Of a stretch of DNA of 64,000 nt, positions 50,601-63,892 are shown piece by piece. Numbering within the stretch: the first letter of the stretch is position 1; the number at the start of each line of letters is the position of its first letter. The notes beneath the pieces were generated by a model. It made no database searches, had not been told where the DNA came from, and worked only from the letters and a program-made list of their open reading frames with translations. The position numbers were made by a program, and so were the translations under genes. The stretch covers positions 324,807-388,806 of the forward strand of contig JAAOMT010000706.1 of assembly GCA_016748015.1 (NCBI GenBank). The letters are read 5' to 3'. This stretch comes from Geosiphon pyriformis uo1 (taxonomy: Eukaryota > Fungi > Glomeromycota).

Positions 50601-50958
50601 TTCTGGATGTTACTGCTGGTGTTTGTAGTTTTCCCTTGTCTTTACTAGCATATGTAATTGGATATCTTTGTTGAATGTGGTGTTCAATTTCTTTGTTGAT
50701 CTTAGTGATGATGGATGCAAAATTATGATTTGTTGGTAAGTTGGTGTTTTGAATTAACTCCCTATAGAAAGTTTCTTTTGCTGATTCAGTATTCACTGGT
50801 GTTCCTAATAAAGAGAAAATTTTTTCATTGACGTAAAAATTGAAGACTGATTTGGCAGATATATGATTGTGGTTTAATCCTAAGTATTTACAATAGTGTT
50901 GAAATAAGGATTTTGTAAATCTTAAATGGTTTGCTCCTATATTTTCTGATTCTGTCAC
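44642..50958 (-). pseudogene. ORF1 of element B: N-extension-gag(CCHC)-protease-Cys domain-dUTPase-RT-RNase H
   Basis: Track fragments 50581-50958, 49330-49803, 48496-48834 (LILDSSSAGS), 47629-47997, 46366-47403 (dUTPase: DAEFDL, ASRSSLA, GEIIDTGYVG) and 45176-45832 (RT: LDLDSGYWQ, MPFGL, YLDN). RNase H ends ADSLS.MRQI*. Confidence 0.92.
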
Positions 50959-51020
50959 TTTTGAATGGTGTTTGTTGGTGCTGGTTCTCTGTAGGATTAT
51001 ACCTCACAGAGAGCACCAAA

Positions 51021-51893
51021 TGTTACAGGTGATTATTTCTGCAGTTGAGTTAAATAACAAACTCATAACTTGGTGCTCAAAAAGCTACTTCTGTTGATGA
51101 AGTTCTGCAAGTGTTGTATCTGAAGGTTTTAATGGAGTCTTTTGTATAATGGACAGAGATTCAATAGTGTCAATAGTAGATGTATCTTTCCAAGAGTTTT
51201 CCCAATTTCTTTCTCAGCATGGTGGCCGGATTTAGTCTGGCAGTCATGCTCTTCTGGTAAGCTATCCAATAATATATAAAATCCTACTCTTATTTCTGGG
51301 TCTTTTACCAGACTATTCTTGACATCAATAACTTAGTGCTTACTCTTTTAATCAATTAGTATACAACAAAATCAAAGAAAGAAAGAAAATAAAATAAAGA
51401 AGATAAAAAATAAAGAAAATAGAGAAAATAAGCCAAGGCAATTTAGTATGTTCATATCTCATCAATAGCCATAATCAAGAGCTATTGTTTCAGCATGGTT
51501 AAGTATCAATTACTATCAACATGAAGTGTTGATAGTGGTGAGTGGATTGAGATATGGAATAATTATTTATTTGATGATTGGGAACTGGAATGTTGCTTAG
51601 ATTAAATCTAAACTAAGAGGTCTGTCTTTTCAGCTTCTAATCCTACTGCTATATATACATAATTGAGATTCCTTAATTCCTCAATTCTTTGCAACAGGAA
51701 TCCTGCAATTCCTGATAAGAGGAATCCTGGAATTCTGGAATCCTGCAATTTCTCATTGGGGAATCCTAAAATTCCTGAAATCCTGCAATTCTTCTGAGAA
51801 AAATTCTGGAATTCCACATTTATTACGTCTACCTCTGATTGGCTAATATTTACTGACTAATAATACTATATTTCCTATATTCTATGAGTAACA
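51021..51893 (-). repeat. 5' LTR of element B
   Basis: Direct repeat of 41654-42502; adjacent to the PBS. Confidence 0.95.
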
Positions 51894-51897
51894 GTAT

Positions 51898-54800
51898 ACA
51901 TTAGTGTTATCAAAATAGACAACTACTGATTGTCATAAAAGTTCTTTATATACAACATTCATGAGTCATTGAAATGTTGCTGGTGTATTGCAAAGTCTAA
52001 AAGGCATAACATTGAACTCATAGTTTTCTCCTTGAGTGGTAAATGCTGTTTTGGGTCAATTTTTTGGGTCCATTTTGACTTGCCAATATTTACTTTCTAA
52101 GTCTAAAGTTGAAAAGAACTTGGCTTTTTCTCGAGCATCTAGCATGTCATCAATTTTTGAAAGAGGATAGGCATCTCTAATTATCATGCTATTGAGCTGA
52201 CAATAATCTACACAGAATCTGATTTTTTCATTTTTTTTTTAACAAGAACTACTGGTAAGGTCCAAAGACTTTTTGATGGTTGAATTAATTCATTATTGAG
52301 CATTCTCTGAACTTCTTCTCTAATAAATTGGTGGCTAGTAGGTGGCACTCAATAAGCTTGTTGATGTTTTGGTGGAGCATCTTTTATGTGGATCTAATGT
52401 TGAACAATATCAGTTTTTCCAAAATCATTGTTGTTTTTTGCAAATATGTCAGCAAATTCAGCTATTAGCTGTTTCAATTGTCTTTGTTATTGAAATTCTA
52501 AGGAATCTATGTTGATTTGAGAGAGTTTTTCTTCCAAAAAGTGGTAGTTTTTAGTAGTAAGGATGATATTTGGATTTAAAAGTAGTGTATGTTTTATAAT
52601 TTCAATAAAATTAAAGACAATTTGAAGGTTTTCATCTTGGAAGATATTGCTGTGTATGATTTCAATCTCTAGTTTATTCAATAAGACAATAGGGTAATTA
52701 TTGAGGTTGTAGAATATAACTCGAAATTTTTTCATTCTTTTGGGAATATAAATATTTAGAATTGAGATTTCATGCTTTAAACAGATTTGTTTATTGAATT
52801 CAAAAATTTGTTGGGTAGTGGTGAGTTTTGAACAAGTGTAAATTTCGTGATGTTCTTCAAAAAGTAAAATGGTAATTGGTTGGAGAAGTTGAAAAATCTG
52901 GTGAAATTTATTCTGTGTATTGAGAGTTATGTTTACTGAGACTGTAAATCATTTAGTTAAACCAAAATTTTGAGTTTCTTTTTTACTTCTTTTTAATTGT
53001 TCTCTGTTGTTTACTGATTGTAAATCCAAAATGTTGATTAAGGGTAAGTAAATTGCTTGGACAATTTTTTTAACATGTTTAATCCTGAATAGTTTGTCTG
53101 TTTCATTCTGTAATATGATGGTAATGTCTCCAGTATATCCTGCATCTATAACTTCTTTTCTAATATTGATTCCTTTGCTTGCCAATGATAATTGGAAAGC
53201 AATTTGTATCATTGCTCTTAGTAGTATTTCAAGAGCAATTCTGAGGTTGATTTTGGTTAAGAATTTTAGTTGAAAACCAAAGTATCTTTGCCAGGATATC
53301 TTAAGTCATATCCTGTATCAATTTCATGAACTTTTTCTGGTTTTATTTCTTTTCCATTGTTGTCAAAGTATTTGAGTTGTATAGCAAACTGGTTTTTAGT
53401 AAGATAGATTGGGATTGTTATAATTATTTCTTCTGGCTTATGTTCTCCAAACTTAATTTCTTCCTGGTCATTTTCATTGGATAAAGGAATGCTGAGAACA
53501 TAGCATTCTGAACACTATTTGTTATTACAAGACATGATGTATTCTTAACACAATTGAATGTTCATCTGCTCTAATCATTGAATTTGAGCTTCTTGGGTTG
53601 AATAAGTGTGGCTTGCAATTTGGTAGTATGTTTCTACTTCATCTTCATAATTGAATCCAGCTAATTCTATTGTGTATTCAATGTACTTAGCTTCTTTCAT
53701 TTGGTGGATATCTTCTTGTGTGGCTCCATTGATTAAAGTTATTGTTAGGTCAAAAATCATTTTAACATCATAAGAGTAGTGGTAAAGTTTGTTGAAAGTA
53801 CTGTTGTATGCTGCATCAAAAGGTGTTTCTCTTTTGACTTTTTCCGAAATTGATAGAGCATATTGGCAGGTTTGATCACATACTCCTTTTCTTATTACAA
53901 CATCAATCCAGTTGTATTTTTCTGATAGCATATCTCCATATGTAAGACAAGGAGTGTTGTTTCATTTTCCATTTCTTTTGGGATATCCAAATCGTTCTCT
54001 ATGGCATGCTTTGCAAAAGTAGCAGATATGAGTTTCATATTTCTCTTCTGGAAAAATACATGCTTCTATTGATGAAAGTTTCTTCTTATAATCTCTGCAT
54101 TTAAGTGAGATATAAAGTGGTTGTTTTCTTGGTTCTGGTGTAGAGTATCAAACAACATTCTATTCTTTGGTCTTCTTAAAGATTTCTTGTTCTGTTTCTT
54201 CAGCCCAATTGGATGTTGATTCAAGAGCCATAAAAGTTTCAGTGACTGGTAGTTCTTTCTTCTTTTCAAATTCAAATACTGGGGCTTTTTCGGATTTTTT
54301 ATTAAAGGTACTACAGGTGGCAAGTACTCTGATGTATTGTTCTTGGTATAAAATCTTTAATTTCTGGGTTTTCCAATCTAAATTTGCATTGGTCTTGAAA
54401 AGCCAATCATTTCCAATGAGAGCTTGGTATTGAGATGCATTCATGACTAGAACTTTGACTGAAATAGTAATTCCATTAATAGTGAATAGGAAATTGTTAA
54501 TTTCTCTTACTGGTGTCTTTTTCATACTATTTGCTATAACAATTATAGTTTGGGCTGGTCTGTTAACAGTTCTTTGAAGCTGTTGCATTAACTGGTAGGT
54601 GATAATACTTCCAGCTAATCTATTGTTTAAGATTAACCAAATTGGTTTTCTTTTTACTTCAGCTTCTGTATACATAGCAGTGATTGCTTTTTGTTTATTG
54701 ACTGCTGCATTGCTAAGCAAGAATGGTAATTCATTTGCTTTAAATTCGAATGGAAATATATCTGAAAGATTGGCATTTTGGGCAATTTGGGCTGGTAAAA

Positions 54801-56713
54801 TAGTATTGTTGGAAGAATTTGATTTTGGTGCTGCAACTTTACTTTCAGAAAGTACAGTTTGTTGAAAATCCAATCCTTTAGATATTATAAAATAACTGGG
54901 TTGAGTGTGATAATAATTGGGTTTTTGCTGACCAGAATTTTGGAGAACTAGCTGGTTATTTGAGTTGATTCTGTTGTTGTTATTCTGAAATTGATTTTGA
55001 GGTGTGAATTGGTTTTGTTGAACCAATCTTCAGGCAAGTACTTGATATTGTTGTGTAGGTGGCTGTTAATATTGTTGGATTGGTAGTGGTTGTTGATATT
55101 GCTGCTGTAAGACAGGCTAATAGTAGTTGTTCTGCTGTTGAGATCTTAAAAAATAGTAGGCTGGTGGTGGTGGCTAATAATGAAATTGCTGTGTTGAAGC
55201 ATAATGTTGATTACTTCTGTTTTGTTGGTCTCTTTGTAGTTTTCTGCAATCTCATTTCCAATGTTCTGAAATCTCATAATAATGACAACTTTGGTTTTGA
55301 TTGTTTGATAATGATAAATAGTTGGTTTGGTTTCATCATTGTGATGGCTGATATCTTTGTAGTTGTTGCTGTTGTTGCTGGTTGGTGAAATAGTTCAACT
55401 TTCTTTGTAAGTTGGTTAATTTTTTCTTCAGCTGCTAAGCTGGTTTTTTCAATAGCAAAATTTACAAGTTTGATATGGTTTGCTTCTTCTATTGCCATTT
55501 CATAGTTCTTTGCATGTCTAATGGCTGTTGTTAAGTCTTTTAGAGCATATGGACAAACTTTCTTGATTAATTTGTTCTTTAATCCTGCTATAAACTGATC
55601 CAAAATCTGGGCATTGGAATAGTATTCATTAGTTTCCAATTGTCAAATTCATCAAAGAAGTTTGTTGAATCTCTCAAGATAAGTCATAACAGTTTCAGAT
55701 GTTTTTTGTTTAATATTGTGAAAGCAATTTTGGAAAGTGATAGAGGTGTTGTTGTTAGTAAATTATTGTAAGAAAGCATTTTTGAATGCTTGCCAGTTTT
55801 TAAATGATTCTTTTAAGTTTTCAAACCATTCTTCTGCAGTTCTTTGTAAAAAGTATGAGATTGCTTTAAGCATTTTTGCTGCATTCCAACCATTTGCATC
55901 TCCTGTTTTTTGTACTTTGTTAAGCCATTTTTGAAGACTGATATCATTATCTTTACCAGTAAATTCTGAGATTTTTGCAATATAAGCAGTTGCTATTTTT
56001 TCTTCATTTTCTGTAGTTTCTTTTTGTTTTGATTCAGTTTTCTTACTTTCCAAGTTTTCTGAATGATTACTTTCATTTTTTTGTAGGTAATCAATAATAT
56101 TGGTGCTGGTTGATATGAGTTTCTGCTGTTGAATAGGACTTTTGGGTAACTGAAAATCTTCTGGTCTTGAAAAATGGATAAGTGGTGAATTTGGTGTTTG
56201 TAGTTGAGCAAATAAAATTGGAAAGAGTGTGACTAAGAGTAAAAGTCTGGTGCTGGTTCTTTGTTCTGGAGTTTGCAAATGTTTGGCAGTTATTTTTGGT
56301 GTCTTTGAAGTGGTTGGGATGGTGCTTGAATGTTGTTTTAGTTTTTGTTTGTCTCTGTTGCTTGTTTTTGTTTTTGATTCAAAGTTAATAGAGTATTTAG
56401 ACTGTACTAAGTATTTTTTTTCACAATACTGAATAATGCTAAAGTTAAGTTTTTGGAAGTAGGTGGCAAGAGTTTTACTATCCAGGTTTTCTGTTTCCAA
56501 TTGTAAATAGTGCACTAAATTATTGTAGAAATTGTTTCTAACTTCTGAAATGTTGTAGTTTCTAAAAAAATAATTGTTGATATGGTTTTCAATATATTGG
56601 TATACTGATTTCTTGACAACTTCAATTCCATCTGGAATGTTAAATTTTTGCTTACAGTGGGTGTAAATTGACTGATAATACTCTAGAGTTGTTGTGTTTG
56701 GTATGGTCACTAC
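51898..56713 (-). pseudogene. ORF1 of A-II, 5' part (N-extension, gag, PR, Cys domain, dUTPase, RT N-half); continues at 40869-41653
   Basis: Track fragments 55763-56710, 55274-55639, 54160-55026, 53575-53931, 52949-53212 and 52487-52735. The gag Q-rich tail runs in frame into the protease. Confidence 0.9.
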
Positions 56714-56758
56714 TTTGAATTTGTTGTTGCTATGTTATTTTTATGGGAGAGCACCAAA

Positions 56759-57732
56759 TGTTACTGGAGGTTTTTAGTCTCTTTTCTTGAATGTTGTTAA
56801 TGTTGATTTGCTATGAATTTACATTCTCAGAAAGTAGTTGGACCTTCAGTAATTGAATTTATTTTCAAATTATCTCCTATAATTTGAACTGTTGGACTTA
56901 CAAGTGAAATGGCCAATTCTGTGCCAGTTGCTTTGTATAATTATGTTGTAGTAAATATCAACTTTTTCCCAAGAATTGCTCATCTAGAAGCTCATTAAAA
57001 ATGTGTAGTTACTTTGCTGTGAAAGTCAACTCTTCTATAGGAATCTTGTCTGTAGGCTACCTTAATGTTTATAATAAAAAAAGAAAGAAAAAAGAAAAGA
57101 AAATGTAAAAAAAATAGATTTTTGTCAAGAGAAATATTTTCTATTCAGACCTGGAATTATTAACAGATTACTGAAATTGGTAGCTAATTAATTTCAAAAC
57201 ATTAGTTTGTGTTGAGGGAATTTCAAGTATAATAATTAAAGGATTTGGTTTTTGAATATTTAATTTTTATTTGATTTTGTAAAAAAATAATTTGTTTCAA
57301 TTAAGATCTCTAAAGTAAGATATTATGGTAAGATACTATGTGAAAATACATTTTTTTGAAAAAAGAAGCTCTTTTTTTATACAACTTGTTGTAATACTAG
57401 TCTTTGAACTTGCATTTTTCTTTTTGCTACAATTTAGGTGAACTAAAGATATATTTTGGTGAACTACAAGTTATTTCACTGAACTATTGATTATTTCGGC
57501 CAATTTTCATTAATTTCGGCGAATTTTGACTATGTTAAATAGTTCAGAGTATTGTGTAATTTGATCATCTTAATTTCTATAGTACAAATCGGATTATTGA
57601 TTGAGTAATAATATTTGATAATTTGATTAAATAATAAGTGATAATCGGAATAATAATAATATATGCTAATTAATAATAGGAATTATAAGGGTAATTTCAT
57701 GCTAATTAATAGCTAAAATTTTACTGGTAACA
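56759..57732 (-). repeat. 5' LTR of A-II
   Basis: TGTTAC...GGTAACA, with the PBS adjacent and TSD CATAC outside. Confidence 0.95.
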
Positions 57733-59373
57733 CATACCCTACTTCCCAATCCAAATATCATCTTTATCACTAAAAACTACCACCTTTTAGAAGAAAAACT
57801 CTCTTGAATCAACATGAATCCCTTAGAATCCCAACAACAAAGACAATTAAAACAGCTAATATATTTGCAAAAAACAACAATGATCTGAGAAAAACTGATA
57901 TTTTTTAACATCAAATCCATACAGGAGATGCTTTACCAAAATGACAACAAGTCTATTAAGTTTTATCTGTTAGCCACCAATTTATCAGAGAAGAAATCCA
58001 AAGAATACTTAATAACAGATTGATTCAATTATCAAAAAGTTCATGGGCTTTACCAGTAGTTTTTGTCAAAAATAAAAATAAAAAAATCAGATTTTGCATT
58101 AATTATTGCCAACTAAACAGTATAATAATTGGAGATGCTTATTCTCTTTCAAAAATTGATGACATGCTAGATGTTTTGGAAAAAGCCAAGTTCTTCTCAA
58201 CTTTAGACTTAGAAAGTAAATACTGGCAAGTTGAAATGAACCCAAAAGATTGTACCAAAACAGTATTTATTACCCAAAGAGGAAACTATGAATTTAATAT
58301 TATATTTTTTAGACTTTGCAATACACCAGCAACATTTTAGCAATTCATAAATGTTTTATATAAAGAACTCTTATAACAATCAATAGTTGTTTATCTTAAT
58401 AATACTGATATGTACTTACCAAGTTTTGAAGCTTATTTTATCTACTTGCAAGAAGTTTTTAAACAATTATGAAAAGCAAAATTAAAGTTAAATATTGAGA
58501 AATGTCATTTTAGAAAAACAAGTTTAATTTTTCTTGAACACATTGTTAGCAAAGATGAAATCAAACCAAATTCTGAAACAATTAATGCTGTTAAAAACTT
58601 TTAAACACCCAAAAATACCACAGAGTTATAAGGATTTGTAGGATTAGCCTCTTACTATTAGAAATTCATAAAAAGATTTTCAAAAATTGTCAAACCACTT
58701 AATTATCTTACTAACAAAAATGTGTCATATCAATAAACTAAAAAACAACAGAAAGCCTTTGAAACTTTTAAAACAAAATTGACAACAGCTTCAGTTCTTG
58801 CTTATCTAAACTTTAACAAATAGTTCCAACTAGCTACTGATGCTTCACATACAGTATTTGGTGTCATCCTATCACAATTAAATAAAAATTACTAGAAACA
58901 AGTCATTGCCTATGCCAATAGGACACTCAAATCAACAGAACTCAAATATAACTTAACTAAATTAGAAGCTGCTACAGTTATTTAGGCTCTCAAACATTTT
59001 CAACAATACTTGAAAAATAGAAAAAAATTTGACATAATAACTAACAATATTGGTCTCAAATGATTCAATAAAAAAAAATCTGAATAAAGTGCCAAACAAT
59101 CTTAATGAAATGACTTTCTAGCAGACTATAAATATATTATATATTACAAACCAAAAAAACTACACACCAATATTGACAGTCTCTTAAGAATAACACCAAC
59201 AGCAATTCTACCACAATTTACCAACTTATCAACAAAAATAACCAAACAACAATGGATTCCAGAAATTACAACAACATTAAAAACTATTTAGAGACTCTTA
59301 CTATGCCAAAAAATTGGTTTTTAAGTAAAAAACATCGATTACAACATCAATTAAAACAATATTTCATATACTA
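57733..59373 (+). mobile_element. Continuation of A-III (RT, RNase H, start of integrase), interrupted again by A-IV
   Basis: 58020-58340 RT fragment (FSTLDLES.YWQV), RH motifs (ATDAS, ELEAA-like) and integrase ATG at 59252. Confidence 0.9.
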
Positions 59374-60357
59374 TGTTACCAGATAAAATTAGAGATATTA
59401 TTTAGCATGAAATTATCTCATAATTCCTATCATTAATTAGCATATATTATTGTTTCAAATTATCACTTATTACATTAGCAAAGAATGTCCGAAATTATCA
59501 TTTAATTAATAACCCAAATTGTACACAACACAAATGTAATCTAATTATGATAATCAATCATGCAATACCCCGAACTATGTAAAATTCAAAAGTTCGCCGA
59601 AATTTATAGAAATTTGCCGAAATAATTGATAGTTCACCGAAATATCTAATAGTTTGCAGAAATAACTTGTAGTTCGCCGAAATGTATCTTTAGTTCAGTG
59701 AAATTGTAGAAAATAGCAAAGTTCAAGTTCATAGAATAATGTTATGACAAGTTGTATAAAAGAAGAGCTTCTCTCTTCGAGAAAATATATCTTACTTTAG
59801 ATTTATCACTTAGAATCATTTCTACACACACAAAAAGAAATAAATACCAAATAATTTGAAAAACCAAATTCTTTAATTATTGCTCTTGGAAAATCCCCAA
59901 AAAACCAACTAACATTTCGAAATTGATTAGCTACCAATTTCAGTAAACTGTTAGTGACTCCAGGTCTGGATAGAAAACGTTTCTCTTGATAAAATTCTAT
60001 TTCTTTTACACTTCTTTTATTTATTTATTTTTTTCTTATTACAATCATTAAGGTAGCCTACAGACGAGATTCCTGTAGAAGAGTTGACTTTCACAGCAAA
60101 ATAACTACACATTTTTAGTGAGCTTCCAGACGAGCAATTTCTGGGAAAGAGTTGATGTTTACTACAACGTAACTACATAAAACAACTGGCATGAAATTGG
60201 TCATTCTACTCATAAGCCCAGCAAGTTCAAATTATAGGAGATAATTTGAAGTTAAAAATTCAGTTACTGGAGGTTCAACCACATCCAGAAAACGTGAATT
60301 CACAGCAAATAAGTATCAACAACATTACAGAAAAGAGACCAAAAACCTCTGGTAACA
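59374..60357 (+). repeat. 5' LTR of A-IV
   Basis: TGTTACCA...TGGTAACA, with a tandem TTCGCCGAAA array at about 59590-59705. Confidence 0.95.
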
Positions 60358-63300
60358 TTTGGTGCTCTTCCACGGAAATAACACAGTAACAAATTCAAAG
60401 TGGCGACCGCTTTAGACATTACAACCTTAGAGTATTATCAATTGATTTACACACACTGCAAACAATGATTTGAAATACGTGATGGAATCATAGCTTTCAA
60501 GAAAACACTTTTTCAATACATCGAAAATCGAATCAACGACTACCTCTTTGGAAACTATAACATTACAACAGTTAAAAGAAATCTTCTTGAGAACATACTA
60601 CACTATTCCAACACTGAATCAGAAAACATTAGTGCTGAAGCTTGCACTACTTATTTTAAGGAACTCGATTATAATATCATTTGATTCTGTGAAGAAAAAT
60701 ATCCTGCAAACGCACAATTTGCCTTTGAACTCGAATCTGAACCTGAAACCAGTAGCAACAAAAGACATAAAGATAACTAACCTGTTCACACAACACCCAA
60801 TACTCCCAAAATATCATTCAAACATTTACAAACACCTAAACAAGGAACCAGCTCAAAACTTCTACTTACTATCACACCTTTTCCAGCTTTACTTGCACAA
60901 GCACAAACACCTAATTCACTCTTGAATTGATTTGCATAACCAGAAGATTTTACATCACTCAGAAGTCTCACCAGACAACAAGAACTCCTTTAAACTAGTT
61001 CCAATCTCCTTGATTTTCTAGCTGAAAATCAAAGTGAACACTCTGAGACAGCAGCAAACAAAGAAAACAACTCTGAAATAACCGAAGAAGAATCAATAGA
61101 CAGTGAAAACGAAGAAGACAAAATGACAACATACATCGCAAAAATCTCTAAATTTAATGGAGAAAATATTGAGACCAGTCCCCAAGAATGGCTCGACCAA
61201 GTTACTAAAGCTGGAGATGCAAATGGATGGAATGCTGCCAGAATGTTAAAAACAATTCCCTACTTTCTCAAAAGAACAACAGGAGAATGGTTTGAAAACC
61301 TTGCCGCCCCATTCAATGATTGGAATGCTTTCAAAGCAGCCTTCCTTGAACAGTTCACCAACAATAATACCTCCATCACTCTTCACAATTGTTTTCGAAA
61401 TATCAAACAAGAACCCTCCAAATCCGTTATGACTTATATTGGGAAATTCAACAAACTTCTTAGACGGATTTGCCAACTCGAGACAAACAATTATTATTCT
61501 GATGCTCAAATTTTGGATCAATTTATTACTGGTCTAAAGATAAACTAATTAAAAAAGTTTGCCCACATGCGCCAGAAGATTTAAACTCTGCTATACAGTA
61601 TGCAAAAAAATATGAAATGGCCATGGAAAAAGTCAATCGTACAAAACTTGTAAATTTGGCAATTGAAGAAACCAGCTCAGCAGCTGAGGAAAAAATTGAC
61701 CAACTTACAAAGAAGGTCAAAAACTATTTTACCAACCAACAACAACAACAACCCCAAAAATATCAACCACCCCAAAGACGAAATCAAAATAACTTTGCAC
61801 CACTTTCCAATAACCAGCCCCAGAATTGCCATTACTGTAGAATCTCTGGCCACTGGAAAAGAGATTGCAGAAAGCTGCAACAAGACCAACAAAATAGGAG
61901 TAATTAATGTTACTCTCCACCACAGCAATCTTATTATCAATCATCACCACCAGCTTACTATCCACCAAGATCCCAATACCAAAATAACTATTATCAGCCC
62001 ACTCCACAACCAATCCAACAGCAATACCAACAACCATCCACACAACATTATCAAGTACCTGCTTGAAGACTGATTACACAAAATCAATTCACACCACAAA
62101 ACTGATACCAAGTAAACAACAATAGAATCAGTTCGAACAACCAATTGGTTTCCCGAAATACCACTCAACCAAGACCCAACCATTACCACACTCAATCCAG
62201 TTATTTAACAATGCCAGAAGAACAGGATTTTTACCATACTGCACTTTCAGAAGATAGAGCTGCAGCACAACAACAACAAAACTCTTCTCATAACCACACC
62301 ACTATTCCACCAGCCTGAATTGCTGAAAACGCCAATCTCTCTGATATCTTTCCTTTTGAATTTGAAGCAAATGAATCACCATTCTTGCTTAGCAATGCAG
62401 CGGCTAATGAGCAAAAGGCAATCACTGCAATGTACACAGAAGCTGAAGTAGAAGGAAAGACAATTCACTTGATCCTAGACAGTGGATCCACCAGAAGCAT
62501 TATTACCTACCAGTTAATACAACAGTTGAAAAGAAATGTTGACCAACCAGCTCAAACAGTAATTGTCACTGCTGATGGCATGAAAAAAACCAGGAGAAAT
62601 TGACAATTTTTCATTCACTCTTGATGGAATCACCATTCCAGTCAAAGTTCTTGTAATGGATGCACCCCAGTACCAAGCTCTCATCGGAAATGATTGGCTT
62701 CAAAAAGCCAATGCTAATCTGAATTGGGAAACACAAAAGTTAACAATTTCCTACCAAGGACAACACACCCGGGTACCTGCCATTTGTGGTACATTCAACA
62801 AACGCTCTGAAAAAGCTCTGGCTTTTGAATTTGAACCAGAAGAAGAAAAACCAATAATCAAAACATTCATGGCTCTTGGATCAACGTCCAACTGGGCCGA
62901 TGAAACAGAACAAGAACATTTTACCCCACACATTAAACCCGAAACCTCTGGATGGAATATACCTTACTCAAAACCCGAACCAAGGAAACAACGCTTCTAT
63001 ATTCCCCTTAAATGTAAGGACTACCACAAGAAACTATTGTCAATGGGAGCCTGCATTTTACCTGAAGAAAAATATGAAAATCATACTTGTTATTACTGCA
63101 AGGCTTGCCACAGAGAGTGATGGGGCCATCTAATAAAAAGGAGCAGAAAATAAGACAACACCCCTTGTTTGACTTGTGGAGATATGCTACCAGAAGAATG
63201 CAATTGGATTGATATAGCAATAAGAGGAGGCGTCTGCAATCAGACCTGCCAATATGCTTTATCAATTTCAGAAAAAGTAAAAAGAGGAACACTCTTTAAT

Positions 63301-63577
63301 GCAGCATACAATAGTGCTCTCAACAAACTTTATCACTACCCTCATGATGCCGAAATGATTTTCGACTTAGCAATGGCATTAATTAATGGAGCTACCAAAG
63401 AAGATGTTCATCAAATGAAGGAAGCAGAATACATTGAATACACTATAGAATTAGCTGGATTCAATTACGAAGATGAAGTAAAAGTCTACCACCAAATTGC
63501 AAGTCACACCTACCCGACCCAAGAAGCTCAAATTCAATGATTAGAGCAAATGAACATTAGGCTATGTGAAGAATGCA

Positions 63578-63892
63578 NNNNNNNNNNNNNNNNNNNNNNN
63601 NNNNNNNNNNNNNNNNNNNNNNNNNNNNNNNNNNNNNNNNNNNNNNNNNNNNNNNNNNNNNNNNNNNNNNNNNNNNNNNNNNNNNNNNNNNNNNNNNNNN
63701 NNNNNNNNNNNNNNNNNNNNNNNNNNNNNNNNNNNNNNNNNNNNNNNNNNNNNNNNNNNNNNNNNNNNNNNNNNNNNNNNNNNNNNNNNNNNNNNNNNNN
63801 NNNNNNNNNNNNNNNNNNNNNNNNNNNNNNNNNNNNNNNNNNNNNNNNNNNNNNNNNNNNNNNNNNNNNNNNNNNNNNNNNNNNNNNNNNNN
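63578..63892. other. Assembly gap (a second small gap lies at 788-807)
   Basis: N-run. The flanks jump from the Cys domain to RT, skipping the dUTPase region seen in other copies, so the gap size is under-estimated. Confidence 0.95.

Larger units (their letters stand above)
41654..51893 (-). mobile_element. Full-length family B Ty3/Gypsy-type element (10.2 kb) nested in the RT of A-II
   Basis: LTRs 41654-42502 and 51021-51893 (TGTTAC...GTAACA), 4-bp TSD GTAT (41650-41653, 51894-51897), PBS TGGTGCTCTCT at 51008-51018 and PPT AAAAGGAGGGAATAA at about 42503-42517. Excision restores A-II VYFDNTNVYSPS. Confidence 0.97.
37626..57732 (-). mobile_element. Full-length family A copy A-II (~9.9 kb, plus nested family B element)
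   Basis: Paired LTRs 37626-38586 and 56759-57732, 5-bp TSD CATAC (37621-37625, 57733-57737), PBS at about 56745-56756, PPT AAGGAGAAGATTA at 38587-38599. Contains gag, PR, Zn, dUTPase, RT, RH, IN and ORF3. Confidence 0.97.
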
